Shown here in pieces: positions 1-12,481 of a stretch of DNA of 48,743 nucleotides; within the stretch, counting starts at the first letter, position 1; every line of letters starts with the position of its first letter. Origin of the DNA: Fonticula alba ATCC 38817 (Eukaryota; Protista; Nucleariida); assembly GCA_000388065.2 (NCBI GenBank), contig KB932201.1. One strand, given 5' to 3'. The notes under the pieces were generated by a model, which worked only from the letters and a program-made list of their open reading frames with translations, did no database searches and was not told where the DNA came from. The position numbers were made by a program, and so were the translations under genes.

Positions 1-543
1 CCCCCCCCCCCCACGAACACTCGGCCCGTTCGCACTCGGCCCGCTCGCACACTCCCCAGAGAAGCCGCAGCGGGGCATGGCCTCTCCCACGGGAGACATG
101 CTCCATTGGCACATGGGGTGGCAGGTGTTGGCATGCGTCCACCCTCCGAGGAACAGCCTACTTTTAGGTTGCCATCGGTGTCCCGCTCTTTCATGTCCCT
201 GGCCCTTTCCTCCCCGTGAGACTGCCCTCCCATTCCAGTGTGGCTTGGTTGGGCGCGGTCCACAATCAAAGAGCCGGATCTGGAAGACATGCGGGGGTTG
301 CGCGTGAGGGATATACACATGTAAACATATGGGTATATTTATACATATCACACTCGTGTACCGCCTCACACAAAGGCAGATGTGAACAGATGGATGGGTG
401 GTGGTTGGGAGAAGGACTACAAATACAAGGGGGAAGGGGGAGGGGAAGGCGGGCGGGCCGGCAAAAAAAAAAAAGGTGCGAAACGGTGCGGAACAAGGGC
501 GAAGCAAGGGACACAGATCGGACTCTGCTTCGTGATGTGCGGA

Positions 544-3256
544 TCACTGCCGGGGCGGTGGCCGTGAGGAGTGAGGTCGTCGGCTGGCAGCAGCCGAAAG
601 GCGGAGGAGTTGGGCGTAGCTAGCACGCGAGGGGTTCTCATCGGCTGGAGGGGACCCGCCCTGAGAGAAGCCGCCGGTGCGGAATCCCGGGCGTTCTGCG
701 AGCGGGGTCTGCTGTTGCTGATAGAGGGCGGCCGTGGCAGCCGGACGACGCACCGGGCGCGATGTACTGGCGGCCACCAGCCCACCTCGGCCAGTTCCAG
801 CAGGCGAATGTGAAGAGCGTGGTTGCATGGCAAGGCCGGCCGGCTGCCGGGAGGAGATACCGCCAGACGGGGAGGCCGACGGCGGGCGATGGAGGGAGGC
901 CGGGGAATCGGCCGGAGGGCTGTCGGCACTCGGCCCAGTGACCACGGGCGGGGCATTGTCCCGAGCAGACCGCGCCAGGCCAAGGGAGCTGCTAGCTGTA
1001 GAAGCAGCCCCGGCTGCCGGGGGAAGGGGGAGCCCCCGAGGCGGAGGTCCCGCCAGTGGTTCCCGGGGAAATGACCCACCACCAGATGGAATGGGCAACG
1101 GCGCTCGCGAGCTGGCCAGAGGCGCCGGAGAGGTGCCGGCTTCGTCGCCGCGGACATCCATCCGGCAAGCCCCGGTGGTGCCGGGCAGGGTGGCAAATGT
1201 GGTTGCACTGGCGGCAGCATCCAAATCGGCCAGATCATCAGCCGTCGGGACAACCACCCCCGGTGGAAGGTGGAATTGCAAGCTGCGCTCGAGGGCCTCA
1301 CGCGCGGTGGGCCGATCGCCTGGAACAAAGGCCAGCATATCATGGATGAGACCGAACCACTGGTTGCAGCGGATTTCCGACGAAGACATAGGCGACCCGG
1401 GGGACGAGAGGATGGTCGAGTCATCCGGCAGCGAGCTTGAAAGCAGCATCCCCATTGCAGCAGTGGTCGGCGGCGATCCCGCAAGGGAACTGTCATGGCC
1501 CGGGGCGATGGTTGCCGGTTCCGGCGGTGTCCCCGGGCCATGGAGTTCTTCGAAGATCGGGCGCTGATGGGGGATGTCCACCGGTGCTCGCTGGAGAAAG
1601 TGATGATAGTGGGGATGGTGCGGGTGCGGATGCGCCGGCGGGGGGAAGGCCCCCGGCGGGGGGGTTGACGAGCCGGCTGCCCCAGACAGACTAATGGATG
1701 CCAGGCCTACGGGTGGCGACCCAGGGTCCGAGTCATTGGCCGCGGAATCTGCCAGCGCATCAGGCCCAGCCGCGCTGTACAGCGACAGGGAGCTGCTGCT
1801 GGATGAGAAGTCACTTGGTGACAAGGGCTCCGGGGAGTGATCGCGCACATTCCGCATGAAGGCTGATGGGTCCGCCGGGCGATAGGGGGTCTCGAGGCTG
1901 TTCCGAGGGGGGCCATTTTGTCGGACGGTCAGGAAGGCCAGATAGCAGGAGCGAAGGGCTCAAGGGCAGTAGGAAGAGAGGAGGAGAGGAGGAGAGGAGG
2001 AGAGGAGGAGAGGAGGAGAGGAGGAGAGGAAGAGGAGAGGAGAGAGGAGAGAGAGGGAGAAAGTGCCAGCAGGGGAGAAGGGCTGATCGTACGAAAATAG
2101 CTCATATAGCACCGAACCAACGGACCAGACGTCCGCACGAAAGGGTCCATCGATGAGGGCTTCCTCATCGAGGGACCCGGTGCGAGGCTCCGTCCCGTCG
2201 CCAGGGCGATCGTCCGAAGCTGGTTGCTGGTCTGTGGGACTCTCACCGGCAGCCGTCGGCGACAGGCGAGTCACCATAGCCGTGGCCAGGAGACTGGGCA
2301 ACTCCCCGGGCGAGGCGCCACACCAAACTTCTGGTGCGGCATACGGGGATGAGCCACAGCCGCGCCACTCGACTGCCAGCTCGCCTGGGCGTCTGGCACC
2401 CCCGGAGGCCGAGAGGTCAGCCAATTCATAGAGCCCAGGATCGCCGACACCGCTGGGATGGCTTTCGCCGGTGGCGGCAGCCGCCTGACACGCAGCCACC
2501 GAGACGGGATCCGCACGGATGCGTGCCGCCGAAGATAGCGAGCAGAGGCGTGCTTGATCGGCCGAGCGCGAGCGCGACGCCACAAAGAGAACCATTCCAA
2601 AGTCGCCGAGACACACGCGGAAAGTTTGCGACGACTCGATGAAAATGTTGTCCGGCTTGATGTCTCGGTGCGCAACCCCATGGGAATGGAGGTAGGCCAC
2701 AGCATGCAGAAGGTCCATTGCAATCTGGATCTTCTTCTCCAGTGTCAGATACTTGAAGAGCGACTGCGAGAGGGGCGTCCGGCAAGAGGGGAATGGGGAG
2801 GGGGGGGGGGAGAAAGGAGAAGGGGTTAGTCTCATGCTGAGAGGGAAAGGGGGACAGCGAAGGAGAAGGCAGGGCCGGGGGGCGCATGGTTGCCTGGAGT
2901 GTTATCTGTCCATCACGAACCAAGCTCAGCCACTCGCGCAAAGAGCCCGCCTCGAAAAAGGGCATCACATAGAACCATTCGCCGCCGTCGGCATCCAGGC
3001 GCGATCCCGACCCGAGCAGCGGCATAATTCGCGGATGCCGAAGCATGCGTAGCAGACCGATCTCCCGAAGGAAGGCCTTGGCCACTTCGCCATTGGCCGA
3101 GCGGAGGTGATGCGGCTGTGGGGGCCCCCCAAGGAAAAGGGTAAAAGAAGAGAGGGGGGTTAGCCACTGGGCAATCACACATCACACAGCCCAAGGGGAG
3201 GCCGAGCGGCGAAAGCAAGGAGAGAGGTACTGAGAGAGAAAAAAACAGAAGGAGGA

Positions 3257-3292
<36 letters not shown>

Positions 3293-4792
3293 CTTTTGCT
3301 CGCTCTCGTTCCGTCACAGCCGCAGGGCGGGGGGAGGGCTCCCTCTCACGTACTTTCAAAAGTTTGACCACTGCCAAGCGGGCCAGCGGGTCGCCCGGGG
3401 GCGGGTCGGTCGGCGGGGATTCCGACGCACCGGGCCCCGGGGCGAGTGTCCGATTGCCGAGGTAGACGCTGCCAAAGGACCCACGTCCGACAAGCTTGGT
3501 CAAGACCAGGCGCTCGACCGGAGGCTCATCATTCTCAAGGAGAGATGATGAGGTGGGCATGGCCGACGATGCAAGTCGCACCCCTGGATCGGGGCGATAG
3601 TCCAGGTGAACCAAATTCCGATGGACAAGGCTGACAAACTGGTCACATGGACGACGTGTCAGTGGGCCATTCTGCTTGGACAGCACGAGAGACAAAGACA
3701 GGGAGAAGGGGGGGGGGGGGGGGAGAGCGTGCGCGCGCAAGGGGAAGAGGAAGCAGCGGAATGTGAGGAAAATGGAGGGTCCTGCCGAAGGGCAGCCATA
3801 CGCACGTCCGGGCCCGGGGCATATGGCAGGGGGGACACATGGCGGGGCGGGGGACTTCGGCCGGACGCATGTAGGTGGGACCATGGGCCACCTGGCAGAG
3901 AGGAGGCTGCGGAGGTGGTCGACGAGGAGGAGTACTCACGCCCAGGAGGAGCATCTGCATGATCGCGGAAGGAGCGGCGCCGGAGGTAGGGCTCAGTGTG
4001 ACGATCGGCCATGGCGGCCGAGGCATCAGCATCGGAATGGCTACGCGCGCGGGGCTCCGGATGGGCACTACTCGGGCCGAGGGCAGGCGGGATCCCGGGG
4101 TCCGAGGCAAATGCATCATCCGTGTGGTGGGCGTGATGCCGTGCTTGGGCCGATGTTTTGAAGCGCGATTTGAGATAGAGATCCGGCCGAGGGCAGTCGA
4201 GCTGCGACTGGAGCACCCGACGGCGATGGCTGCTTCGTTCTGGAGAGAAAGAGAGACAGGGAGAAGGAGAGAGAGAGAGAGAGAGGGAGAGAAGGAGGAC
4301 GCATTGTTCGGCGAATGACGGTCAGGGCTCATGGAAAGTCGCGGGGAGGAGGGAGGAATGGCTGATGAGGAGGGGGGCTTGCGTGGGTGTCATACCATCT
4401 TCCGAATAGGAGGCCAGGCGGAAGGTGTGTGGATAGCGAGAGGGCTGGCCTAGCAGTGGAGGGCCGCCGCTGCTGATCACCGCGCCAGATGTGGGTGTCC
4501 CTTGGGGGACCAAGGTGTGACGCGGCGCGGCCGCATCCTCGTCAGCTGGCGGGGGAGCATCTCCATGGCAAGGGAGGGCCTTTATTGGAGGAGTGGTTTC
4601 GTTGGACATGTCTCCAGGAGTGGCGGCGGCGGCGGCGGCGGCCGGAGCCGAGTCAGCCACCAGCCCGGCCTGGTGGTTGTGGTGGCGCGAGGGGCCGGGG
4701 AGGAGCGAGGATGACGAGGAGGAGTGGGATGACGAGGGGAAAGAGCTCATGCCCGAAGAGGGAGGGGCCCATTTGCCGACAGGAATGCCCAT
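544..4792 (-). CDS. Ser/Thr protein kinase (TKL-like), multi-exon, long low-complexity N-terminus and intra-domain inserts
   Basis: Motifs in successive minus-strand exons: LVGRGSFGSVYLG (~3460-3500), AVVKLLK, FLREIGLLRMLRHPRIMPLLG (~3010-3080), IQIAMDLLHAVAYLHSHGVAHRDIKPDN and CLGDFG (~2590-2730), YAAPE (~2335), ADVWSVGSVLYELF (~2095-2135), subdomain XI LIHDMLAFVPGDRPTAREAL (~1290-1350). Stop at 544-546. The 5' exons are uncertain: ATG at 4792 or an upstream ATG at 5221. Confidence 0.9.
1972..2052. repeat. (GAGGA)n-type purine microsatellite in kinase intron
   Basis: Directly visible imperfect tandem GAGGA/GGAGA array. Confidence 0.9.
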
Positions 4793-6014
4793 GCCTGGTG
4801 AGAGGAAGCAGGCAGCGGCGGTGGCGGCGGCGGCGGGAGCGGTATGTCCCAAGGCGCGGGGGCTAGGGGGGCGAGGGTGGGCGGGGTGGCAGGTGAGCTC
4901 CCGCGCATCAGCTTTGGGTAGGGTGTTTGGACAGAGCCCGCGAGCTCTGCTGGACGGCGAGAGGGCGACGAGGAGCAAGCGAGAGAGACCGGAAAGCCAG
5001 TATCGGGGGCCGGGGAATGTCTCGGCGTTTGAATGGGGATATATGTACAAATGTATGTGTGTGCTGGGGTGGGGGGAGGGGGGGGGGAGGGTATGCGCGC
5101 GCGAGTAGGGTGCGGAGCGGGGGGGGGGGCGGGCTGGAGGGGAGGGAAGAGGAGTGCTACCGGTTCCCCGGGAGGAGGTCACTCCGAGGGGCACTGGCTG
5201 ATAGTTTTTCCTCGTGGCCATCTCTATCCTATCCGTGCCCCGGCGCCCCCCTGTTCAAGCGCCCGCCCGCCCGCCGGTCCAGCGGCCGGCCCGTCCCCCC
5301 TCCCCCCCCCCCCCCCCTCTGGGCCCCGCTCCATTGTGCCCACAGGGGCAAGGAGGGCCGATCAACGGGCGAAGGCAAGGGAATCAGGAATGTACCGCCC
5401 CCGGTCGAGGCCCGTCTGCGATCTTGCAAATGCCTGCTGACGGCCGGGGAGATGGGGGCTGGAAACATGCGTTTGGACGGCCCAGCCCGTGCCGTCCGCC
5501 TTCGGAGTTGCCCCCCTTCCCGACCCAAGGCCGGGGCGGCCCGTCCGTGGGAAGGAAAGTGTTGCATTTTCCCCGCTCCCTACACATGGGCGTGAGTACG
5601 TTGTGGGGGTGTCTCCTGCCCCCCCGGGGGGGGGGGCGGGGCGGGGCGCGCAGGAGAGCGGGGGCCGCGGCGCGGGTGGGGGCTCTCTCTCTTGAGAAAG
5701 CAGCCAGGGGCAACGCGTGCGACCTGGGGCATACATATTCGATATGTACACTCGCTTGCCGTTTTACGCGGCGCCTGGCCCGCAGGGCTAATCGGCGCCT
5801 TCCTCTGGTGAGTGGGGGGGGGGGGGGCTTACGGAGGCCCGCGCGCTCCGCCGTTGCCTCTGGAGCCCCGCGCCGCCCCGCCGAGAAGCTCCTGATTGAC
5901 TTGCGTCGGGGGAGCGCTGAGGAGGGCCTCTCCGTCAAGGGTGGCTCCTTCTGGCCCACTTTGCCCCATACGCAAATGCCGGGGGATGTCGCAGCAGAGA
6001 GAAAGACCAGGGTC

Positions 6015-6027
6015 TGTGTGTGTGTGT

Positions 6028-6070
<43 letters not shown>
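6015..6070. repeat. (TG)n microsatellite
   Basis: About 28 TG units with one TA interruption. Confidence 0.95.
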
Positions 6071-6071
<1 letters not shown>

Positions 6072-7409
6072 AGGAGACACCGGGAGCGGGGACGTGTGTG
6101 TGGCGAGACGAGGCGGTACGGGGTCTCGTGGATGAAAAGTGTTGTTTGGGCCCCGGGGGGGGGGATAGAACGGGGTCCCTCCGTGCGCCGTGCGCCGTGC
6201 GCCAGGCAGCCAAGTCATGGGGTCGGGCCGCCTTCGGTGCGGCCGCGAGAAGGAGGCGCCCCTAACTTGCTGCTACCGGGCGGGCTCGGGGGATTGGGGG
6301 TCGGGCTCCGCCCTCCCCTGTGGTCGCACTCGTAAGTGCGCATGCAACGCAGTCGAGCCATTGCCTGAGGGCGGGCCGGCCCCTTCCGGCCCGAGGCCAC
6401 CCAACCTGGGCCTGCGTCAGGCGCTCCTCCGCTCGGCCCACAAACGGGCAGATATTAACTTTGGGCCGCCGAGTGTGACGCCGGCGCCGCATCCAACACT
6501 CGCCGCCGGGTCGCGGTGAGCTAGCGCGATGGGAGACATTGCATGGGTGTCGTATGCGGCGGGGGGCGGGCATGCCGCCGCGGCCGGGAGGTCGAGCCTA
6601 TGAATGGAACACGCGCGGCCGCCGGCTCAGGGGCGACGGCGGGAGCGGAGCCAAGGGGGCCCATGCCCTCCCAGCCTGATAGGTCTCCCCGTTGAACGCG
6701 TCCCCTTGACAATGGAAGTCAATCATTCGCTCGAGTTCCCCCTCCCACCCCGCGGGNNNNNNNNNNNNNNNNNNNNNNNNNNNNNNNNNNNNNNNNNNNN
6801 NNNNNNNNNNNNNNNNNNNNNNNNNNNNNNNNNNNNNNNNNNNNNNNNNNNNNNNNNNNNNNNNNNNNNNNNNNNNNNNNNNNNNNNNNNNNNNNNNNNN
6901 NNNNNNNNNNNNNNNNNNNNNNNNNNNNNNNNNNNNNNNNNNNNNNNNNNNNNNNNNNNNNNNNNNNNNNNNNNNNNNNNNNNNNNNNNNNNNNNNNNNN
7001 NNNNNNNNNNNNNNNNNNNNNNNNNNNNNNNNNNNNNNNNNNNNNNNNNNNNNNNNNNNNNNNNNNNNNNNNNNNNNNNNNNNNNNNNNNNNNNNNNNNN
7101 NNNNNNNNNNNNNNNNNNNNNNNNNNNNNNNNNNNNNNNNNNNNNNNNNNNNNNNNNNNNNNNNNNNNNNNNNNNNNNNNNNNNNNNNNNNNNNNNNNNN
7201 NNNNNNNNNNNNNNNNNNNNNNNNNNNNNNNNNNNNNNNNNNNNNTTCGCGGCTGAGCAGGCAGGAGATCTCGACCACCACCGGGTGATGATGCTTTCAG
7301 CGCCGCCCCTCGCAGTCGCATGCCGGGCATGCCGACACAAAGGTTGGTTCCCCCCGATTGCCTCCCCTGCATATGCCCATTCCCTCATTTGCAACTCTCC
7401 TCCCCGAAG

Positions 7410-9777
7410 ATGCTTGCGGCCGTCGCCACTCGTTCCCAGAGGCCCGCGCGCGCCATTCGGAGGGCCCTGGCGACCCTGCCCTCACGGCGACGCCTATCGA
7501 CAGGCGCGTGCACGGCCCCGCCCGACTGGGGGCCGTCCCCGGGGACATTGCTGCCACTGGCCATCTACGTCCACTGGTGCGTCGTGGTCCCTGGCTTGCC
7601 GGATGCCCGGTCTTGTTTGGGTGGACTCATGTTCTGGCACGTCTGTCTGCCTCTCTCCTCCTCTCTCTTCTTGTCTCACCCCATGAAACAGGCCCTTTTG
7701 TGCGCATCTTTGTCCCTGTTGCAATTTCAACAAGTATAAGCCCCCAGCAGCCGACTTGGCGCCTGGCCCCACCGGCCAGAGTTTCACCGACTCGCTCGGC
7801 GCCGCGGTGTTGGCCGAACTGAGGCGCGGCATCCAGCGGGTGACCCCGGTGCCGGGTCAGTCAGCCGCCCGGCCAACACACCTACCCACAAGCCTCTACT
7901 TCGGCGGCGGCACGCCTTCTTTGATGCCGGTGCGTGACTTCCCCCGCATGTGCCTGCCTCCATTTGCTCCCATCCGGATCCCCCCCCCCTCTCTCTCTCT
8001 TACAGGGTACCCCTTTCTGATGGGTTTGTATGCTCCCACGGAATGCCCCGGCCTTGGCTTCCTGCTGTCCTCCCCTCTCCCAGATGGATGCTGTTCGGGA
8101 AATTATTGACTACGTGAGGTCCCTCCGGGGGGTCATCCTCTCAGGGGTTTCGCCTCTCCTTTCCGAGGTGCCGAATGATCTGGAGATCACCCTGGAGGCC
8201 AATCCAACGGTGCGTCCGTCATTGACAGGTGCCCCCCTCCCCCCTTCACACACACGACCATCCAATTCTCACCCTCCTTCCCCTCTGCCTTCCCCGGGAG
8301 GTGTCGACCGTAGGATCATCATCTTTTTGCGGGTTTCCATCATGCAGGCGTCAATCGCCTAAGCCTCGGCATTCAGTCACTGGACGCCGGGCACCTGGCA
8401 GCCATCGGTCGCTCACACACGACGTCGGTGCGTCTTGGTCTCAAGGCTGTCGGCGATTTCTCTCTCTGCCCCTGACACTCACACAAGCACATACTCTCTC
8501 TCTCTCTCTCTCTCCGAATGATCGGTACGTAGGATGCAATGGAAGCCATCGCCGAGGCCAAGAAGATCGCCTTCTCTCGGGGCGTGACCTATGATCTTAT
8601 GTTTGGGCTCCCCGGACAGGGCGTTGATCAGTGGCACGAGGAACTAAGTGTGCGCATCCGCTCCACAACATGTCCTCCCCCCCCCCCCCCCCATGCCGCT
8701 GTCTCTCACCCCGTTGTTCCTAGGGCTTCTTGTCTTTGGTGGAGCCAGACCACCTGTCCCTCTACCAATTGACTGTGGAGCCGCACACGCCCCTCCAAAA
8801 GGTGCTCACATCCCCCGACCGGCTGTCCGGTCTGGCCTCGGCCTGGGCCCTGCCACTGCGCCGGCTCCCGCCGATGCCCACCGAGGAGGCCATCGAGAAG
8901 ATGCACGAGTTGACCGACGGCCTGTGTGAAGCCCACGGCCTGCATCGATACCAAGTATCCAACTGGGCGCGAGCCCTCAGCCCGGACCAGCTGGCCACCG
9001 GTTTCGAAAGCCAGCACAACTCCGCCTACTGGAATGGGACAGACTATGTCGGTGCGTATTGTGACTGGATTGCCTCCTTCGCGCTGGCTGGGCCTCGTTT
9101 TCAGGCCTGGACTTCCCCTCTGACAGTGGCACCGACACCAGGCGTCGGCCCAGGCGCACACGGTCGCTTCACACGCTTGACGGACGGGATGCGCGTGCGC
9201 ACGCGCTCGATCCCTGAGCCCAAACGCTGGCTTAGCGGTGCGTCCTGCCTCGAATCACTCTCCTTCGCTCCTCCTCGTACCCCCCCCCCCTCCCCCGCCC
9301 CTCCCATCCTCTTCCGGTATCGCACTGACAAGTGTCCATCCCCATCGGCCTGCTCAGCTGTCCAATCTGGGGCCAGGTACGAGCATGTGGTCTTCTCATC
9401 TGCCAGGACACTCTTGCCGATTGCTGACTGACCCCTTTCCCAGCCCGGAGGTTTGCACGGTTCTCTCGGCGCAGGAGGCGCGTGATGAGCTGGTGTGTCT
9501 GGGGTCCCAACAGCGCCAGGGTCTTGTGAGAGAGCGCATTGGCCGGGCTCTGTCAGCTCCGGCGGCACCGGCCTGGAAGGATGTCATCGATATGACCGCA
9601 GTCCCGGACCTGGTGGCCGGTGGGTTTGTGGAGTTCACAAAGCCCGTGCGCCAATCTAGCCGGCCGACGGGGGAGATTGTGGTTGAAGACCCGGACATGG
9701 CGGCCGCCATGCGTGTCACTCGCCGGGGTCTCCTTGTTGCCGATACTCTCATGGGCAAGCTGGTGAAGATTGACTGA
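7410..9777 (+). CDS. RSAD1: Radical SAM domain-containing protein 1 / HemW-like heme chaperone, probably mitochondrial
   Basis: Spliced YVHW|PFCAHLCPCCNFNKY (CxxxCxxC at 7699-7722), YFGGGTPS, ITLEANPT, GVNRLSLGIQS, DLMFGLPGQ, HLSLYQLTVEP, YQVSNWA, HNSAYW (9015-9032, HemW-type HNxxYW), GPGAHG and a HemN_C-like tail. Arg-rich, acid-free N-terminus resembles a transit peptide. Confidence 0.93.
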
Positions 9778-9984
9778 TTGACATGCTGTGTCTGCTGCGA
9801 ATAGATGCAATGCCGTCACTTTGGTCGATGGGCATGTTTGTCTTCATGTGTTCGTTTATTGGCATGTGCACATGGATGTATGCATTTGGCCGTTGAGGCA
9901 GCACATGCATACACCAATACATGCGTGTATGTGCTTCTTGCTATTTCATGGGCATCGGCAAGGTACAAGCGGAGGGAGGGGGGA

Positions 9985-10580
9985 TTAGCGGTAGCGATCC
10001 TCCTGGCGACGATCGCGCTGGCGGTCATCTCGCACCAGCCTGTCGACATTTGGATGTCAGCAACAGCCTGTTGAGGTTGGACAGAAAAAACGGAGGCGAG
10101 AGAGAGAGAGAGAGAGAGAGCGCGAGGATGAAGAGTGGAGGCCGGGAGGGGAGGGCGGAAGAAAAGGGAGCAGACAACGAACCGAGGGTCATCACCCTCC
10201 AGGCCGATGCCGGCCATCGGGGTCTTTGCCGGGATGATATACTGGTTGTCGCAGTGGGGGCAGAACTCATCGGCCTCCTCGTACTCGCTGGGGAAAGGAC
10301 AGGGATGTGCGCATGACAAGCATGTGTGAGACTCAAGCCACCTCGGCACAGGGCGCGGCTGGCGGTGGACGAAGGGAGGGACAGGGGGAAGACCAAGCTT
10401 GGCGCACCTGAGATCCTTGCGGAAGACCTTCCGGCACTTCTTGCAGGCGAAAACCATCTCGGTGGACCGGTGGAGCTCGTGGTTGGAGACGGCGGCATGG
10501 CACTCGGCGCAGTCGAACCACTTCTTCTTGCAGCACGGGGCGCGAATGGAAACCTGGGCGTTGAGAATATGGACGCACAT
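9985..10580 (-). CDS. Small CHY-type zinc-finger protein (3 exons: 10580-10408, 10287-10183, 10039-9985)
   Basis: MCVHILNAQVSIRAPCCKKKWFDCAECH...FACKKCRKVFRKDL|SEYEEADEFCPHCDN...GDDP|RLVRDDR. CHY Cys/His pattern; GT-AG junctions with CTGAC branch point keep the frame. Confidence 0.9.
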
Positions 10581-12481
10581 GGCGGGGCGGGGCGGGCGGG
10601 CGGGCGGGGGGGGTAGGGGGAGGAGGGAGATCTGGGCGGCGAGAAGGGCACGCGGGGAGGAGGGAGGACACTGGTGGGGTGTGCGGAACAGGGCGCGCGG
10701 CCACGGCCCGGACCGGAGAGGTACCCACTGAAGAAGCAGGCGCGATGCGCCGAATGGTCGCGTAGGTACGTTGGGATTCGGTTCCCGTGATAGAGTCAGC
10801 CTCTTGGCGGGCAAAATGTGCGCCGCTCCGTGGGGCAGCGTGGCCGTCTCGCCACCGGGCTGGTTGGCGGGGCTCTCTGCCCAGCTGGTTCTCGCTCACT
10901 CTCGGCGCCAGGGCAGCAGCCGGGCCTGGGGCTCGAATGCCAATGCGCGCGGGTGCTACACCCGCCTGCAAGACGTCCCTAGCGCATTGGCCGGGCTCTG
11001 TCAGCTCCGGCGGCNNNNNNNNNNNNNNNNNNNNNNNNNNNNNNNNNNNNNNNNNNNNNNNNNNNNNNNNNNNNNNNNNNNNNNNNNNNNNNNNNNNNNN
11101 NNNNNNNNNNNNNNNNNNNNNNNNNNNNNNNNNNNNNNNNNNNNNNNNNNNNNNNNNNNNNNNNNNNNNNNNNNNNNNNNNNNNNNNNNNNNNNNNNNNN
11201 NNNNNNNNNNNNNNNNNNNNNNNNNNNNNNNNNNNNNNNNNNNNNNNNNNNNNNNNNNNNNNNNNNNNNNNNNNNNNNNNNNNNNNNNNNNNNNNNNNNN
11301 NNNNNNNNNNNNNNNNNNNNNNNNNNNNNNGGGACGAGCCGCGCCCGCGCATCCCTCCCCGCTGCCGGGAGCGAGAGTTTGTTTTTCCCCGCCCATTCCG
11401 CACGCTTGGTGGCCGACTGTGCCAGCGGCCTGGGGCTTGACGATGGGCGACCTCCGACCCAGCTGAGCGCCCCGATCGGGCCGAAGGGGGGCGGTGGCGG
11501 GCTCCCGGCCGATTGCCTTCCCTCGGCCCCCCCCTTCTGGGACATCCGACGCCTCGCATATATGGCCGCAGTGCCGTCCCTTTCTCTGAGCCGCCAGACC
11601 TTCGGCCGTACAGGACATGCACACTTGCGCATGAAGGCCCCCCGGGGAGAGGGGCAGGGGCGCGCGAATTTTCATGTGCATCAAATGGGGCCTTTTTTTT
11701 CCCCGCGTTTCCCCACCCAGGCTTGGGAGGCCCTCACTCGTTTATTCCATTTTCACCCCAAACCAGATGATCGCAAACGGCCCGTTCCGGGCTCCCAGGA
11801 ATAATGGCCTGGCTGACCGCATCACAGCCACCGGTGACGGAGAGTGGCCGTCTAAAGCGCGGGGTTACATTCCTTCTCCCTCACGAATGGCGGCGTCTCT
11901 CTCCCCTGAGTGTGTGTGTGTGTGTGGGGGGGGGGGGGCAACGAGAGACAGACTTTCCCTTCCTCTCGGACGCCACCCCACACGATGCGCCCCCCTCATA
12001 CTTCCCGCCGTCCCGACCTCGCGCCGTGCCAGTGATGGGCCGCGTCCTTTGTTTGGTCGGACTTTCGAGGGCGTCCTCGATGGCGCTTTTCCCGGACTAA
12101 CCCCCCCAGAGATGCGGGGGGGGGGGGGGGGGGGGCACCTACCGCGGCCGAAGCCACCCCCCCTCCCCCTCGGCCAGATCGCACTTTGACGATCACCCGT
12201 CACAAGTCAGTCCGATCGCAGTGTGACTCCGCTCTCCTTGCCTTTTCGGAGGAGGCCACACATTTTTACAGCCCCAGGCCACAACTTCTTCCTGGGGAAC
12301 AACAGCACCCCACTTCTGCCTGTGTTCGCACCTCGCGCATCCACACACCCTCCCCCCTCCTCGCCTACACGCCCACACCCCTACACCCCTACACCCTAAC
12401 ACACACACACACACACACGCGCACACATACACTGCCGACGCGTTGTCGATCGATCGCGCCCTGCGCTCCTCTCTCTCCTCC

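Noticed and set aside
18-50. 15-bp tandem repeat CACTCGGCCCG(T/C)TCG x2, and other short arrays, as CRISPR-like or telomeric repeats
   Set aside because: Only two copies, no spacers, not TTAGGG-like; eukaryotic 3'-flank sequence.
6700-6720. TCCCCTTGACAATGGAAG resembles part of U6atac snRNA
   Set aside because: The catalytic GGA is missing, and the upstream GGAGAGAAGGTTAGC region is absent; treated as a chance match.
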